Below the pieces are notes generated by a model, which worked only from the letters and a program-made list of their open reading frames with translations, was not told where the DNA came from and searched no databases. From Corynebacterium amycolatum (GTDB taxonomy: Bacteria; Actinomycetota; Actinomycetes; Mycobacteriales; Mycobacteriaceae), in the NCBI RefSeq assembly GCF_049243625.1, contig NZ_CP046975.1: a stretch of 32,000 nucleotides of DNA; one strand, given 5' to 3'. The stretch's first letter is position 1; each line of letters starts with the position of its first letter. Both the position numbers and the translations under genes were made by a program. Positions 15,002 to 28,315 of the stretch are shown here, piece after piece.

Positions 15002-15053
15002 CGCTCGGGGTGGGCACAGATTTCCACGTCTGTTCCCGCCCCGAGCGTTTTTG
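15002..15053 (+). terminator. Rho-independent terminator of etfBA
   Basis: An 18-position stem pairs 15002-15019 with 15030-15047 (16 Watson-Crick pairs, 1 G-U, 1 mismatch). The loop is 10 nt and is followed by TTTTT (15048-15052). Confidence 0.85.
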
Positions 15054-15145
15054 TATGGGACGGTTTTTATTCGCCACTGATCTCACCCGATGTGGTGAGA
15101 GGACCTCGGTGATGGTGCGTAGTGAGTTTTAGGCGTGCCCGGCGT

Positions 15146-15151
15146 TATACT
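15146..15151 (+). promoter_or_regulatory. Putative -10 hexamer TATACT for a leaderless cysteine desulfurase mRNA
   Basis: TATACT is followed by 6 nt and then ATG 15158. There is no Shine-Dalgarno in between. Confidence 0.4.
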
Positions 15152-15157
15152 GCCTGC

Positions 15158-16354
15158 ATGTCTAATGACCGCAATGTTGCCGCTCCGCGTAAAAAGAGTG
15201 GCGTGAATTCTTCTGCGAAGACGCGCCACTTTGTGGATCATGCCGCCACCACACCACTGCGCCCAGAAGCACGCACGGCAATGGTCGATAACTTGGGTTT
15301 GACCAACCCATCGGGGCAGTACACTACCGCTCGCGTTGCTAAGAAAGTTCTGGAGGAGTCGCGCGAAGAAATAGCGGAGCTGCTTGGTGCCGACCCTATT
15401 GAGGTAGTTTTTACCTCTGGGGGCACGGAGGCTGACAATCTGGCAGTTTCCGGCTTGTACTTCAAGGCGACAGGTTCAGACATTGTGGTTCCCCCAATTG
15501 AACACGACGCAGTGTTGAAGACCTGTCGTCATTTGGAGAAGGAACACTGGGCGCGGATTGTCCCAGCCCCGGTGGACTCTACGGGAAGGGTGGATTTACA
15601 AGCCTTTCCCACGCTGGACAGAAACTCCACTGCACTGGTGACTTGTATGTGGGCCAACAATGAAACAGGGGCTGTACAACCGATTAGTGAGATTTCAGCG
15701 CTCGCTAGAAAAGCGCGGGTTCCTTTCCACATTGACGCTGTGCAGGCCGCTGGTCATGTGCCTATCGATTTTCATTCTTCGGGTGCCGCGACGATGGCAA
15801 TCTCAGCCCATAAGTTTGGCGGACCCCGCGGCATCGGAGCGTTATTAGTGCGCCGGGATATAACGCTATGTCCCCACAACAACGGTGGTGGCCAGGAGCG
15901 CGGATTGCGTTCCGGTACCCAGGATGTTGCATCGGCAGCGGGGATGGCGGCCGGTTTGCGCGCGGCGGTCTCTGACATGCAAGCCGAACATGACCGGGTC
16001 AAGAATCTCACTGAACAGCTGACTCATGCGATTGCCGGCATTGACGGTGCAATCGTGCACACAACTCAGCCGGCATTAGCTGGTCACGTATATGTCAGTT
16101 TTCCCGGTGCAGAAGCAGATAGCCTCATTATGCTTTTCGACGCTGCTGGTATCGATTGCTCGACCGGTTCGGCATGTAGTGCAGGCGTTAATCGTCCTTC
16201 TCATGTGCTCTCAGCCATGGGCGTGAGTGAGTCCGAGGCGCGTTCTGCCATCCGCTTTACGCTGGGGTGGACCTCGACGCAGGACGATGTCGATGCCGTT
16301 ATCGCAGCACTGTCCGAAACAGTGATGCGAGCACGCAAGGCCGGCATGGCGTAG
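15158..16354 (+). CDS. Cysteine desulfurase (IscS/NifS family, PLP-dependent)
   Basis: The ORF is trimmed to ATG 15158. It has VDHAATTP, the PLP-lysine motif SAHKFGGPRG and the catalytic Cys loop STGSACSAG. It is adjacent to mnmA, as in M. tuberculosis iscS-trmU. Confidence 0.9.
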   Translation: MSNDRNVAAPRKKSGVNSSAKTRHFVDHAATTPLRPEARTAMVDNLGLTNPSGQYTTARVAKKVLEESREEIAELLGADPIEVVFTSGGTEADNLAVSGLYFKATGSDIVVPPIEHDAVLKTCRHLEKEHWARIVPAPVDSTGRVDLQAFPTLDRNSTALVTCMWANNETGAVQPISEISALARKARVPFHIDAVQAAGHVPIDFHSSGAATMAISAHKFGGPRGIGALLVRRDITLCPHNNGGGQERGLRSGTQDVASAAGMAAGLRAAVSDMQAEHDRVKNLTEQLTHAIAGIDGAIVHTTQPALAGHVYVSFPGAEADSLIMLFDAAGIDCSTGSACSAGVNRPSHVLSAMGVSESEARSAIRFTLGWTSTQDDVDAVIAALSETVMRARKAGMA

Positions 16355-16483
16355 TAGTTGTTTGGTCTCACGGGCGCGGGGTCACTACGGCGGATCACTA
16401 CAGGTCCGCTCAACGATGGTACGGTGACACGAGCTTTCCAACGGTGGCAAAACTAGGTGTACAAATCACAGAAAGGATTCACT

Positions 16484-17605
16484 ATGCGTGTTTTGGCGGC
16501 TATGAGTGGTGGCGTCGATTCTTCGGTGGCAGCTGCTCGCGCATTGGCAGCAGGACACGAGGTTGTGGGTGTGCACTTAGCCCTGTCGAAGGATCCGCAG
16601 TCCGTTCGCGCTGGCTCCCGGGGTTGCTGTTCACTGGAAGACTCCGGCGACGCGCGACGGGTATGCGACGAATTGGGGATTCCGTTCTATGTATGGGACT
16701 TCTCCGAGCGCTTCAAAGAAGAGGTCATGGACGACTTCTACGACTCATACGAACGTGGCGAAACCCCCAACCCCTGCCTGCGCTGCAACGAACGGATTAA
16801 GTTCGCAGCCCTGTTGGAACGCGGTCTGGCGCTCGGCTTCGACGCGGTGGTGACTGGTCACTACGCTTTGCTTGGCGACGATGGTCTGTTGCGCCGTGGC
16901 CGCGATATGAAAAAGGATCAGTCCTACGTCCTTGGAGTGCTCGACCGTGAGCAACTCAACCACTCCCTTTTCCCGGTCGGCGATACTGAAAAGCCCGAGA
17001 TCCGCGAAGAAGCGCGCGATATGGGGCTGGGCACGGCAAATAAGCCAGATTCTTACGATATTTGTTTCATTCCGGATGGGAATACCCAGGCTTTTCTGGG
17101 CGCTAAAATTGGGCGTCGGCCGGGCCTTATCGTTGATAAGGAGAGCGGCGATACCGTCGCTGAGCACGATGGTGTTTATGGGTTCACCATCGGCCAGCGC
17201 AAAGGCATTGGCCTGCCCGGGCCTATGGCTGACGGCAAGCCACGCTATGTCACTGGAATCGATGCGGATACCGCAACGGTGACCATTGGCACTGCCGAAG
17301 ATCTGAAGGTCAATGTGCTGCAGGCGGACCGAGCTATTTGGTTGGTTGAGCCTTCGGAGGTTGTGGCAGCGGCAGATGCAGGGAAACTACAGGTGCAGGT
17401 ACGTGCCCACGGTCAGCCTGTGGACTGCACTGTCGACGTTAAGGCAGGTCCAGAGGATGCACTCACCGGCCGAGGTGGTGCTTTTGAGCTAAAGCTCTCC
17501 GAGCCGCTTCGCGGTATCGCTCCAGGCCAGGCGGCGGTGCTGTATCACGCTGATCCGGCCGGAGACTATGTGCTCGGTTCTGGCACGATTATTGCTACTT
17601 GTTAA
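16484..17605 (+). CDS. mnmA: tRNA 2-thiouridine(34) synthase
   Basis: The ORF is trimmed to ATG 16484, with GAAAGGA 6 nt upstream. It begins [17 protein letters not shown] (PP-loop) and carries NPCLRCN and DQSYVL motifs. Confidence 0.95.
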   Translation: MRVLAAMSGGVDSSVAAARALAAGHEVVGVHLALSKDPQSVRAGSRGCCSLEDSGDARRVCDELGIPFYVWDFSERFKEEVMDDFYDSYERGETPNPCLRCNERIKFAALLERGLALGFDAVVTGHYALLGDDGLLRRGRDMKKDQSYVLGVLDREQLNHSLFPVGDTEKPEIREEARDMGLGTANKPDSYDICFIPDGNTQAFLGAKIGRRPGLIVDKESGDTVAEHDGVYGFTIGQRKGIGLPGPMADGKPRYVTGIDADTATVTIGTAEDLKVNVLQADRAIWLVEPSEVVAAADAGKLQVQVRAHGQPVDCTVDVKAGPEDALTGRGGAFELKLSEPLRGIAPGQAAVLYHADPAGDYVLGSGTIIATC

Positions 17606-17632
17606 TTCCTCATTCAGGAGAGCGCGTTTTCC

Positions 17633-18673
17633 GTGACATCTTTTGTCGGCTTAGGCCCCATGCCGGGTATCGATCCCCGTGCAGCAGCAGAGATCATTAT
17701 AGGTGAATGCTTGGACGGACATGTAGCGCTGCCGCTACTTCCTGCGCGCGGCCTCGGTGCTGATTTGATTGGCCGCACGGCTGTACTCATGGCCGACCTG
17801 AACGTGGATAGGGGAGCGCGCAGCTGGAAGATAGCTGACAGAGTCGGCCGGCTTCAATCCCGGGCCCGTGATTTCCTCGCTCGAGACATTGATGCCTGCG
17901 AAGAACTGTGGGAAACGGCGCCTCAGCTGGTTCGCCTGGTAGCAGCTGGCCCCTGGACTATGGCAGCTTCCGTGGAAACTGCCGGTGGCAGGTTAGTGGC
18001 AACAGACCCTGGTGCAGTTTCCTACTTCGCCGAATCTCTGGCTGCTGGCCTCATCGACCAGGCTGCCGATGTGCGACGTCGCTTTGATTGCGCCGTGGAA
18101 GTCCTTCTCGTTGAGCCGATGCTCAGTGCAGTTGCCAGCGGGACAGTACGCGCCCCTTCAATGATGCTTGGTATCAACGGCTACCTTCCAGCTGTCGGAT
18201 CGCGTGAGATCGCCGAAGAGTACCGCCGTCTCACGTCCGAATTGCTTAACGATGGAATCGAGACCGCAATCGCCGTGGAGAAAATTGAGGGTGTGGAGCT
18301 CAGCGCAATTGCAGACTCCGGTGTTACCGGGCTGTGGATTCCGCATACTGAACTCTCGACGAATGCAAACCTGGACTTTGTTGCTGCGGCGGTCGATAAG
18401 GGAATAGAGCTGCAGCTTGGCATCGTGCCCGTGCATGTAGCGGAGCGGGAAGAGTTTACCGGAGCAGCTATCGGTAGCTCTCCGCGTGGAGTAGCTGAGC
18501 AGGCTGCACGGTTGTGGGAGGAATTGGGGTATTCCCACCAGAACCGCGCAAGCAAACTCTCCATTGCCCCAGTGTCAGGGTTTGCGCACAGCGACGTTGA
18601 TGAAACTATTGCTCAGCTTCGTGCGGGTCGGGAGACAGCTGAGTTGATGCGTCGCGCTGCGGGGGATTTGTAG
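17633..18673 (+). CDS. Conserved protein resembling the cobalamin-independent methionine synthase catalytic domain (Rv3015c-like), function unknown
   Basis: 346 aa. GTG start with CAGGAGAG upstream. The family assignment comes from the remembered annotation of the homologous position in Corynebacterium/Mycobacterium and from general sequence character, not from a hard motif. Confidence 0.6.
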   Translation: MTSFVGLGPMPGIDPRAAAEIIIGECLDGHVALPLLPARGLGADLIGRTAVLMADLNVDRGARSWKIADRVGRLQSRARDFLARDIDACEELWETAPQLVRLVAAGPWTMAASVETAGGRLVATDPGAVSYFAESLAAGLIDQAADVRRRFDCAVEVLLVEPMLSAVASGTVRAPSMMLGINGYLPAVGSREIAEEYRRLTSELLNDGIETAIAVEKIEGVELSAIADSGVTGLWIPHTELSTNANLDFVAAAVDKGIELQLGIVPVHVAEREEFTGAAIGSSPRGVAEQAARLWEELGYSHQNRASKLSIAPVSGFAHSDVDETIAQLRAGRETAELMRRAAGDL

Positions 18674-19292
18674 CCTGCGCGGTAGCGGAGACCAATATCG
18701 CTTCCACAGCTTCTTCATGCCACGCAATGTAGGTATCCAACTGTTCGTCGTTAAGCGAAAGTGCCTCTACGGCAGTGACGGCGGAGTTGACAATGTTTTG
18801 GATTGTGCGTGCGACGAGATAGCCCTGAGATTCGGCGAGGCTGTCGAGCTTAGTGATTGCCACGACGAGAATGTCATGCAGTTCCGAGTGAATCGCACCG
18901 ATTTCGCGCTGTGCATCTTGGTGAAAGTGGTAGGAAAAGACAGCGGTGCGCCACGCGTGCTTTGAGTCGCTGGCCATACTGATGTTGGCGCGGACAAATG
19001 CGCGAGCTGCGGAAATAGGGTCCTTTGCCTCTTTCACGGAAGTGCCGACGGTGGCTTTCCATTCGGGGAAGTCGCGTAGGACCAACGCTGCGACCAGATC
19101 ATCGACAGTGTTGTAGTAGCGATAAAAACTGGACCGAGCAATTCCGGCTTCCTTTGCAATCTCACCCACCTTAAGGGGTGCCTCGATGTCGCTAAGTGTT
19201 TGTTTTGCGAGCAGGCTGCTAGCGGCATCCATCAGCTTTTCATTGACTTGTCGACGGTGTTCGACAACGGTGGCCGCAGAAATTCTAGGCAT
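18606..19292 (-). CDS. TetR/AcrR family transcriptional regulator
   Basis: 228 aa. The N-terminal HTH is VGEIAKEAGIARSSFYRYYNTVDDLV. It is divergent from the MMPL gene, and GAGGA lies 7 nt upstream of the ATG. Confidence 0.9.
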   Translation of the reverse strand: MPRISAATVVEHRRQVNEKLMDAASSLLAKQTLSDIEAPLKVGEIAKEAGIARSSFYRYYNTVDDLVAALVLRDFPEWKATVGTSVKEAKDPISAARAFVRANISMASDSKHAWRTAVFSYHFHQDAQREIGAIHSELHDILVVAITKLDSLAESQGYLVARTIQNIVNSAVTAVEALSLNDEQLDTYIAWHEEAVEAILVSATAQATNPPQRDASTQLSPDPHEAEQ

Positions 19293-19430
19293 GGCGAAAT
19301 CCTCGGATTCTGAGAAGAAATGGAGCGTTCGTTTCTCTGATTTTATAAGTCACGGTGTTCTCATAATCTCAGGAACTGGAGACAATCCACAAGAAAATGC
19401 AGATAATCACCTAGAAAGGACACCCGCGTC

Positions 19431-21686
19431 ATGTATCGGCGATTCAACGCCGCTTTATTTGGCACTAAACGACGCATGTGGCTCACCATCGTCGTGTCGT
19501 TGCTGGTAGTGGGGCTTCTGTCAGCAGTAGCGCCCTCTGTGGAGGACGTAAAGACGAATTCCGGCGACGGTCCGTCGGAAACTGCGCAGTCAATGGAAGC
19601 GAAGAAGCGTCTCCGTGAGGCATTTCCCACCGAGCCAAATCTTCTGCCTGCCGTCGTAGTGTTGACCTCAGACTCGGCAAAGACCACTGAGAAAGCCGCG
19701 CACGACGTTCTCGCTGATTTAGCTGAGCGGGACGGGGGTTTTACTCGGGCGCCGATTAGCCCCGTGTGTACCAGCTTGGGAAGCCAGGTGCTTCGTGAAG
19801 GCAAGTGTATCCCGGGTTCACCGGAAGGAACCCGCAGCGAGGATGGAAAGACCGTAACCATCGTTGTCCCCACGGTGGGCGATGCTACTGAGAAGTCCTA
19901 CCGCGATGACATTGATGCACTGCGCGAGGATATCGCCGCCATTGCAGATAATGCTGACAAATCCGGCAACGTGGAAACTCACCTCACCGGCCCAGCGGGC
20001 ATCGTCACCGATACCGTGAAGGTCTTTTCCTCTGGTGACCGGGTGCTCATGCTCGGAACCATTCTTTTGGTGCTAGTTATTTTGCTACTAGTTTATCGTT
20101 CGCCAGTACTCGCGGTCCTGCCGTTGTTGGCCGTTGGTGTTGCAATGCAGCTGGTACAGAGCGTCGGCGCGTTGCTCGCAGATACCGGTGCCATTGAGAT
20201 CAGCTCGCAGACCGCATCGATTATGACAGTGTTGCTCTTCGGTGTCGGTACTGACTATGCGGTGATTATCAATGCCCGCTACCGTGAAGCACTGGCTACC
20301 CAGCGAGAAAAGGGGCAAGAGCTGGACCGTAATGCTGCAATGGTGGATGCAATGGGGCGTACTGGCGAGGTTCTCGCTAGCTCCGCAGGCACCATCATCC
20401 TGGCAATGATGGCGCTGCTATTCACCAAGTCGCCCGCGTTGCAAGGCTTCGGCCCGTATCTCGCTATCGGTGTCGCTTCAATGGCCATCGTTGCTGCCGT
20501 GTTCCTGCCGGCGTTGTTCATTGCGGTGGGCAAGGCTGCATTCTGGCCGGGCGGATATGACAAGGCACTCCAGCGAGTCGACTCGAAGATGTGGACGAAG
20601 GTCGCCAATACCGTCGACAAGAAGCCAAAGGCTGTTCTAGCCGCAGGCCTGGCACTGCTGATTGTGATGTCGCTGGGGGTCTTGAATTACAAGGAGTCTT
20701 TCAACTTCCTCACTGGCTTCCGCGTGGATACCGACTCGGCGGCGGGGCAGGAGCTTGCGGCCCGCGATATTGGTGCGGGCGAAATTGCCCCGACTACCTT
20801 GCTTATCGAAGGGAAGAATCTCGACTTGCCGCAGCTGCAGCAGGCCGCTGAAGAGGTGGCAAAGAAGGATTCTGCGGATATCGCCCGAATTAGTGTCACT
20901 GCCCGTGATGTCACCGATGACGGTGAGACGGCACACATGACTGTTGTGCTCAATCAGGATCCATACATCATAGAATCCATGGAAGCTCTGGAACCCATCA
21001 GCAATGATGTGCGCGATGCACTGAAGACGGCTGGTGCTTCCGCAGACACGACAGTGACTGCCACGGGCGAAACCGCTGAGCTTAGCGACGTCCGCGCTGA
21101 GCTCGATCGCGATATCAAGATGCTGGTGCCAGTGATGATTGTCATCGTGGCAATTGTGTTGGCAGTGCTACTCAAATCCCTACTAGCGCCGCTGTACTTG
21201 GCAGCGACACTGTTGCTGTCGTTCGTCGCCACGATGGGGGTAACCGTCCTAATTGCACTGAATATTCAGGGAGATGAGGGCATTGGTAACCGCGTGACTT
21301 CCTACATTCTGGTGTTCTTGATTGCACTGGGGGTGGACTACACCATCTTTGTGATGAGTAGGCTGCGGCAGGAGCTGAAGCACCACGATATGCGTGCGGC
21401 AATGAAGATTGCCGTTGCCCGAACTGGCGGCGTGGTTTCATCGGCAGGTCTGATTCTGGCAGCTACCTTCGCAGTGCTGATGACTCAGCCAATCCGTGAG
21501 CTCTACCAGTTCGGTTTGGGCCTGGCACTTGGTATTTTGCTGGATACCTTCGTGGTCCGCCCCTTCATTGTCCCGGCCATTGTCCGCCTGATTGGTGACA
21601 ATGCACTGTGGCCAACAAAGCCGAGCAAGTTGCTCGCCGAATCAAAGGAACAGCCGCGGGCAGAAATAGTGTCAGCCGAACACTAG
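19431..21686 (+). CDS. MMPL family (RND superfamily) transporter
   Basis: 751 aa. There are two blocks of 5-6 TM helices separated by soluble domains. Motifs FGVGTDYAVII and ALGVDYTIFVMSRL are typical of MMPL/YdfJ-like exporters. Confidence 0.92.
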   Translation: MYRRFNAALFGTKRRMWLTIVVSLLVVGLLSAVAPSVEDVKTNSGDGPSETAQSMEAKKRLREAFPTEPNLLPAVVVLTSDSAKTTEKAAHDVLADLAERDGGFTRAPISPVCTSLGSQVLREGKCIPGSPEGTRSEDGKTVTIVVPTVGDATEKSYRDDIDALREDIAAIADNADKSGNVETHLTGPAGIVTDTVKVFSSGDRVLMLGTILLVLVILLLVYRSPVLAVLPLLAVGVAMQLVQSVGALLADTGAIEISSQTASIMTVLLFGVGTDYAVIINARYREALATQREKGQELDRNAAMVDAMGRTGEVLASSAGTIILAMMALLFTKSPALQGFGPYLAIGVASMAIVAAVFLPALFIAVGKAAFWPGGYDKALQRVDSKMWTKVANTVDKKPKAVLAAGLALLIVMSLGVLNYKESFNFLTGFRVDTDSAAGQELAARDIGAGEIAPTTLLIEGKNLDLPQLQQAAEEVAKKDSADIARISVTARDVTDDGETAHMTVVLNQDPYIIESMEALEPISNDVRDALKTAGASADTTVTATGETAELSDVRAELDRDIKMLVPVMIVIVAIVLAVLLKSLLAPLYLAATLLLSFVATMGVTVLIALNIQGDEGIGNRVTSYILVFLIALGVDYTIFVMSRLRQELKHHDMRAAMKIAVARTGGVVSSAGLILAATFAVLMTQPIRELYQFGLGLALGILLDTFVVRPFIVPAIVRLIGDNALWPTKPSKLLAESKEQPRAEIVSAEH

Positions 21687-21735
21687 TGGGCAGTGGCTAA
21701 CCAGCCCTTCCGTGTGCAAGTACGGTGAGCCGACC

Positions 21736-22416
21736 TTAAGCGTCAGTAACGTCGGTCGGCCACCCGAAAGTGAAGTTAGATACGTCGCGGCCTTTGTCTG
21801 CCAGCCAACGCTGCAGGTTCTTCTTGTACTGGTAGTACGCGACAGCTTGCAGCTCCATGAGTTCGTCTCCCGATTTTTCGGTCAATTCACGGTAGTGACG
21901 CGCCATCACCCACGCGATGCGCGCGGCGGCGAGAGCATCCTCGGTGGCATCATGTGCCCCGTCTAGCCGCACCTGATAGTGGCGGGAGACATCAGTTAGA
22001 GTGCGCTTTTCACGGCGATCAGGATCGAAGTAATTGTCCAGCACAAAAGGATCGACCACGAGCCCGTCAACAGTAAAACTGGGGTCTTGCGAGCGAAGTA
22101 CGGTCAAATCATAGGCCGCGTTGTAGGCCACTACAGTCAGACCATCGCGCCAGGCAGCTCGAAGACCCGCAATGGTATCCGCCAAAACTTCATCATGCGG
22201 ACGCCCCTCCGCGCGAGCTTTTTCAGTGGTGATGCCGTGCACATCAGACGCAGCTTGCGGAATTTCGACACCGGGATCGGCGAGCATGATGGTGGAATCT
22301 TTGCCCTGCTCCGTCAGCCGGACCAATGCGGAAGTGACGATTTTGCAGGTACGGGGGTCCGTGCCGGTAGTCTCCAGATCAAACGCGAGCATGCGTCGCG
22401 GATCGAAATTATGCAT
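21736..22416 (-). CDS. DEDDh 3'-5' exonuclease (DnaQ / DNA polymerase III epsilon-like)
   Basis: 226 aa. Exo I is AFDLETTG, Exo II is YNAAYDLTVL and Exo III is HDATEDALAAARI. Confidence 0.9.
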   Translation of the reverse strand: MHNFDPRRMLAFDLETTGTDPRTCKIVTSALVRLTEQGKDSTIMLADPGVEIPQAASDVHGITTEKARAEGRPHDEVLADTIAGLRAAWRDGLTVVAYNAAYDLTVLRSQDPSFTVDGLVVDPFVLDNYFDPDRREKRTLTDVSRHYQVRLDGAHDATEDALAAARIAWVMARHYRELTEKSGDELMELQAVAYYQYKKNLQRWLADKGRDVSNFTFGWPTDVTDA

Positions 22417-22505
22417 GTCTCAACTGTAGCGGAGAGCACGGATTCACTGACGTGACAGGAACGGGTCAAGAGAATTTCAGTTCGACCGGCGCATCCGGGC
22501 AATGA

Positions 22506-26995
<4,490 letters not shown>

Positions 26996-27122
26996 CAAAG
27001 AAGCTCCTTATTGACTGGTATCATTTCCAGACTTTACCGCTAAGCGTGAATCACTGCGCTCCATAGGGGAGGAGCCATAGGGTAAGAGCTTCGAGCAGAA
27101 GGGAGCAGCCCACTAGTCGCTG

Positions 27123-27788
27123 CTAGTCGATAATCGCGCCGACAATCGTGCCAATACGTCCCAAGTGCTCAACCTCACTTGGCAGGAAGTCCGGCCCGCC
27201 GGGCCGGCCAATAACGAGAACCAGACCCTCGCCCATTGGAGTAGCGGCAATGGAGGAGTCCATAACCGTCCAGTCCTCCGGCAGCCACGTTTCTTCGTCC
27301 GGATCCAGGTTTCGTGGCGAGTCAATCGGGGCTTCCGGCAGAGTCCGGCCGTTATCCTCTGGAGCAGCGGTAGAGGAAGCGCGACGCACCCAGTGGCCAT
27401 CGCTCTGTTCGCCGAGGACGATAGCCCAGCCTGCAGTCATAGTCTGAGGCAGGCCGTCGACGACATCTCCGAGGGCACGATCCAAGTTCTTCGTGTGCTG
27501 TGAGAACTTGGCCAGCAGCGCAATCTGTCCGCGGCGGTCAACCGAGCCGGAGAAAGGTCTAATTGAATCGACTTCCACTCCGCTAATGGACTGAGCCGCT
27601 GTAATCAGTGTGTCTGGGAGCAGGCCCATAGGCAGGTCAACCACGATGTCGTCGACAACAACGCCATTAGCGCCGTAATCTACGACGTCGACACTGCGAA
27701 TATCACCTTCTACTTCGCCCAGGGCAGCCGCGACGTAGCCAAGTGCGCCTGGTTCGTCGGGAAGCTGGATGCGAAGGAGGTAACTCAT
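27123..27788 (-). CDS. ACT domain-containing protein (Rv3013-like)
   Basis: 221 aa. The N-terminal ACT fold is LLRIQLPDEPGALGYVAAALGEVEGDIRSVDVV. About 140 aa of uncharacterised C-terminal domain follow. It is divergent from gatC, as in mycobacteria. Confidence 0.8.
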   Translation of the reverse strand: MSYLLRIQLPDEPGALGYVAAALGEVEGDIRSVDVVDYGANGVVVDDIVVDLPMGLLPDTLITAAQSISGVEVDSIRPFSGSVDRRGQIALLAKFSQHTKNLDRALGDVVDGLPQTMTAGWAIVLGEQSDGHWVRRASSTAAPEDNGRTLPEAPIDSPRNLDPDEETWLPEDWTVMDSSIAATPMGEGLVLVIGRPGGPDFLPSEVEHLGRIGTIVGAIID

Positions 27789-28015
27789 GGCTGTGTGTAC
27801 AACCTTTCGAATAATTGAGAGTGATTCTTGCGGTGTAACTATAGAAGTAGTGATTTAGGTTACAGGGTAAACCTCTGAAATGTAAGACCCTGCGGACAAC
27901 GACTCAACGATAACGACTACTGTTGGCAAGTACAGCCCGCTCGCGCGGTTCAAAATCAGTTTCAACTAAACTTCTGTGCACTAGCTTCGTACGAAGAAAT
28001 GAAAGGGGTACTAGC

Positions 28016-28309
28016 GTGCCAGCTATCTCACGCGATGAGGTCGCACACCTAGCGCGATTGTCCCGTCTGGCTCTGACTGACGCGGAACTCGACGAGTTCG
28101 CCGGTCAGATCGACGGCATTATTAACCACGTCCAGGCCGTTCAAAAGGTGGCTGCGGATGATGTGGAACCGATGAGTCACCCCTCTTCGCTGTCCGGTGT
28201 GATGCGCGAGGACGTCGTCAAGCCGACGCTGACTGCGGAGCAGGCGCTGGACCAGGCGCCGTCGCAGGACCGCCAGCGCTTTGAAGTTCCCCAGATTCTC
28301 GGCGAGTAG
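28016..28309 (+). CDS. gatC: Asp-tRNA(Asn)/Glu-tRNA(Gln) amidotransferase subunit C
   Basis: The ORF is trimmed to GTG 28016, with GAAAGGGG 7 nt upstream. It begins [28 protein letters not shown], and at 97 aa it has the typical GatC length. Confidence 0.92.
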   Translation: MPAISRDEVAHLARLSRLALTDAELDEFAGQIDGIINHVQAVQKVAADDVEPMSHPSSLSGVMREDVVKPTLTAEQALDQAPSQDRQRFEVPQILGE

Positions 28310-28315
28310 GAGTAC

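Noticed and set aside
16267-16800. 177-aa plus-strand ORF bridging the end of the desulfurase gene and the start of mnmA.
   Set aside because: It is out of frame with both well-supported genes and overlaps them. It is Arg/Gly/Trp-rich with no motif. The 129-bp true spacer (16355-16483) shows only weak repeats (tcactac x2).
22470-22485. Possible LexA/SOS box (GAGAATTTCAGTTCGA) in the exonuclease-ligA spacer.
   Set aside because: Only the right half (GTTCGA) matches the actinobacterial TCGAAC-N4-GTTCGA consensus. The left half is poor, giving about 9 of 12 overall. That is too weak to call without a scoring matrix or LexA binding data.
27789-28015. T-box or other riboswitch in the gatC leader.
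   Set aside because: I could find no T-box sequence, specifier-loop context or other riboswitch core I recognise. Only generic small hairpins are present.
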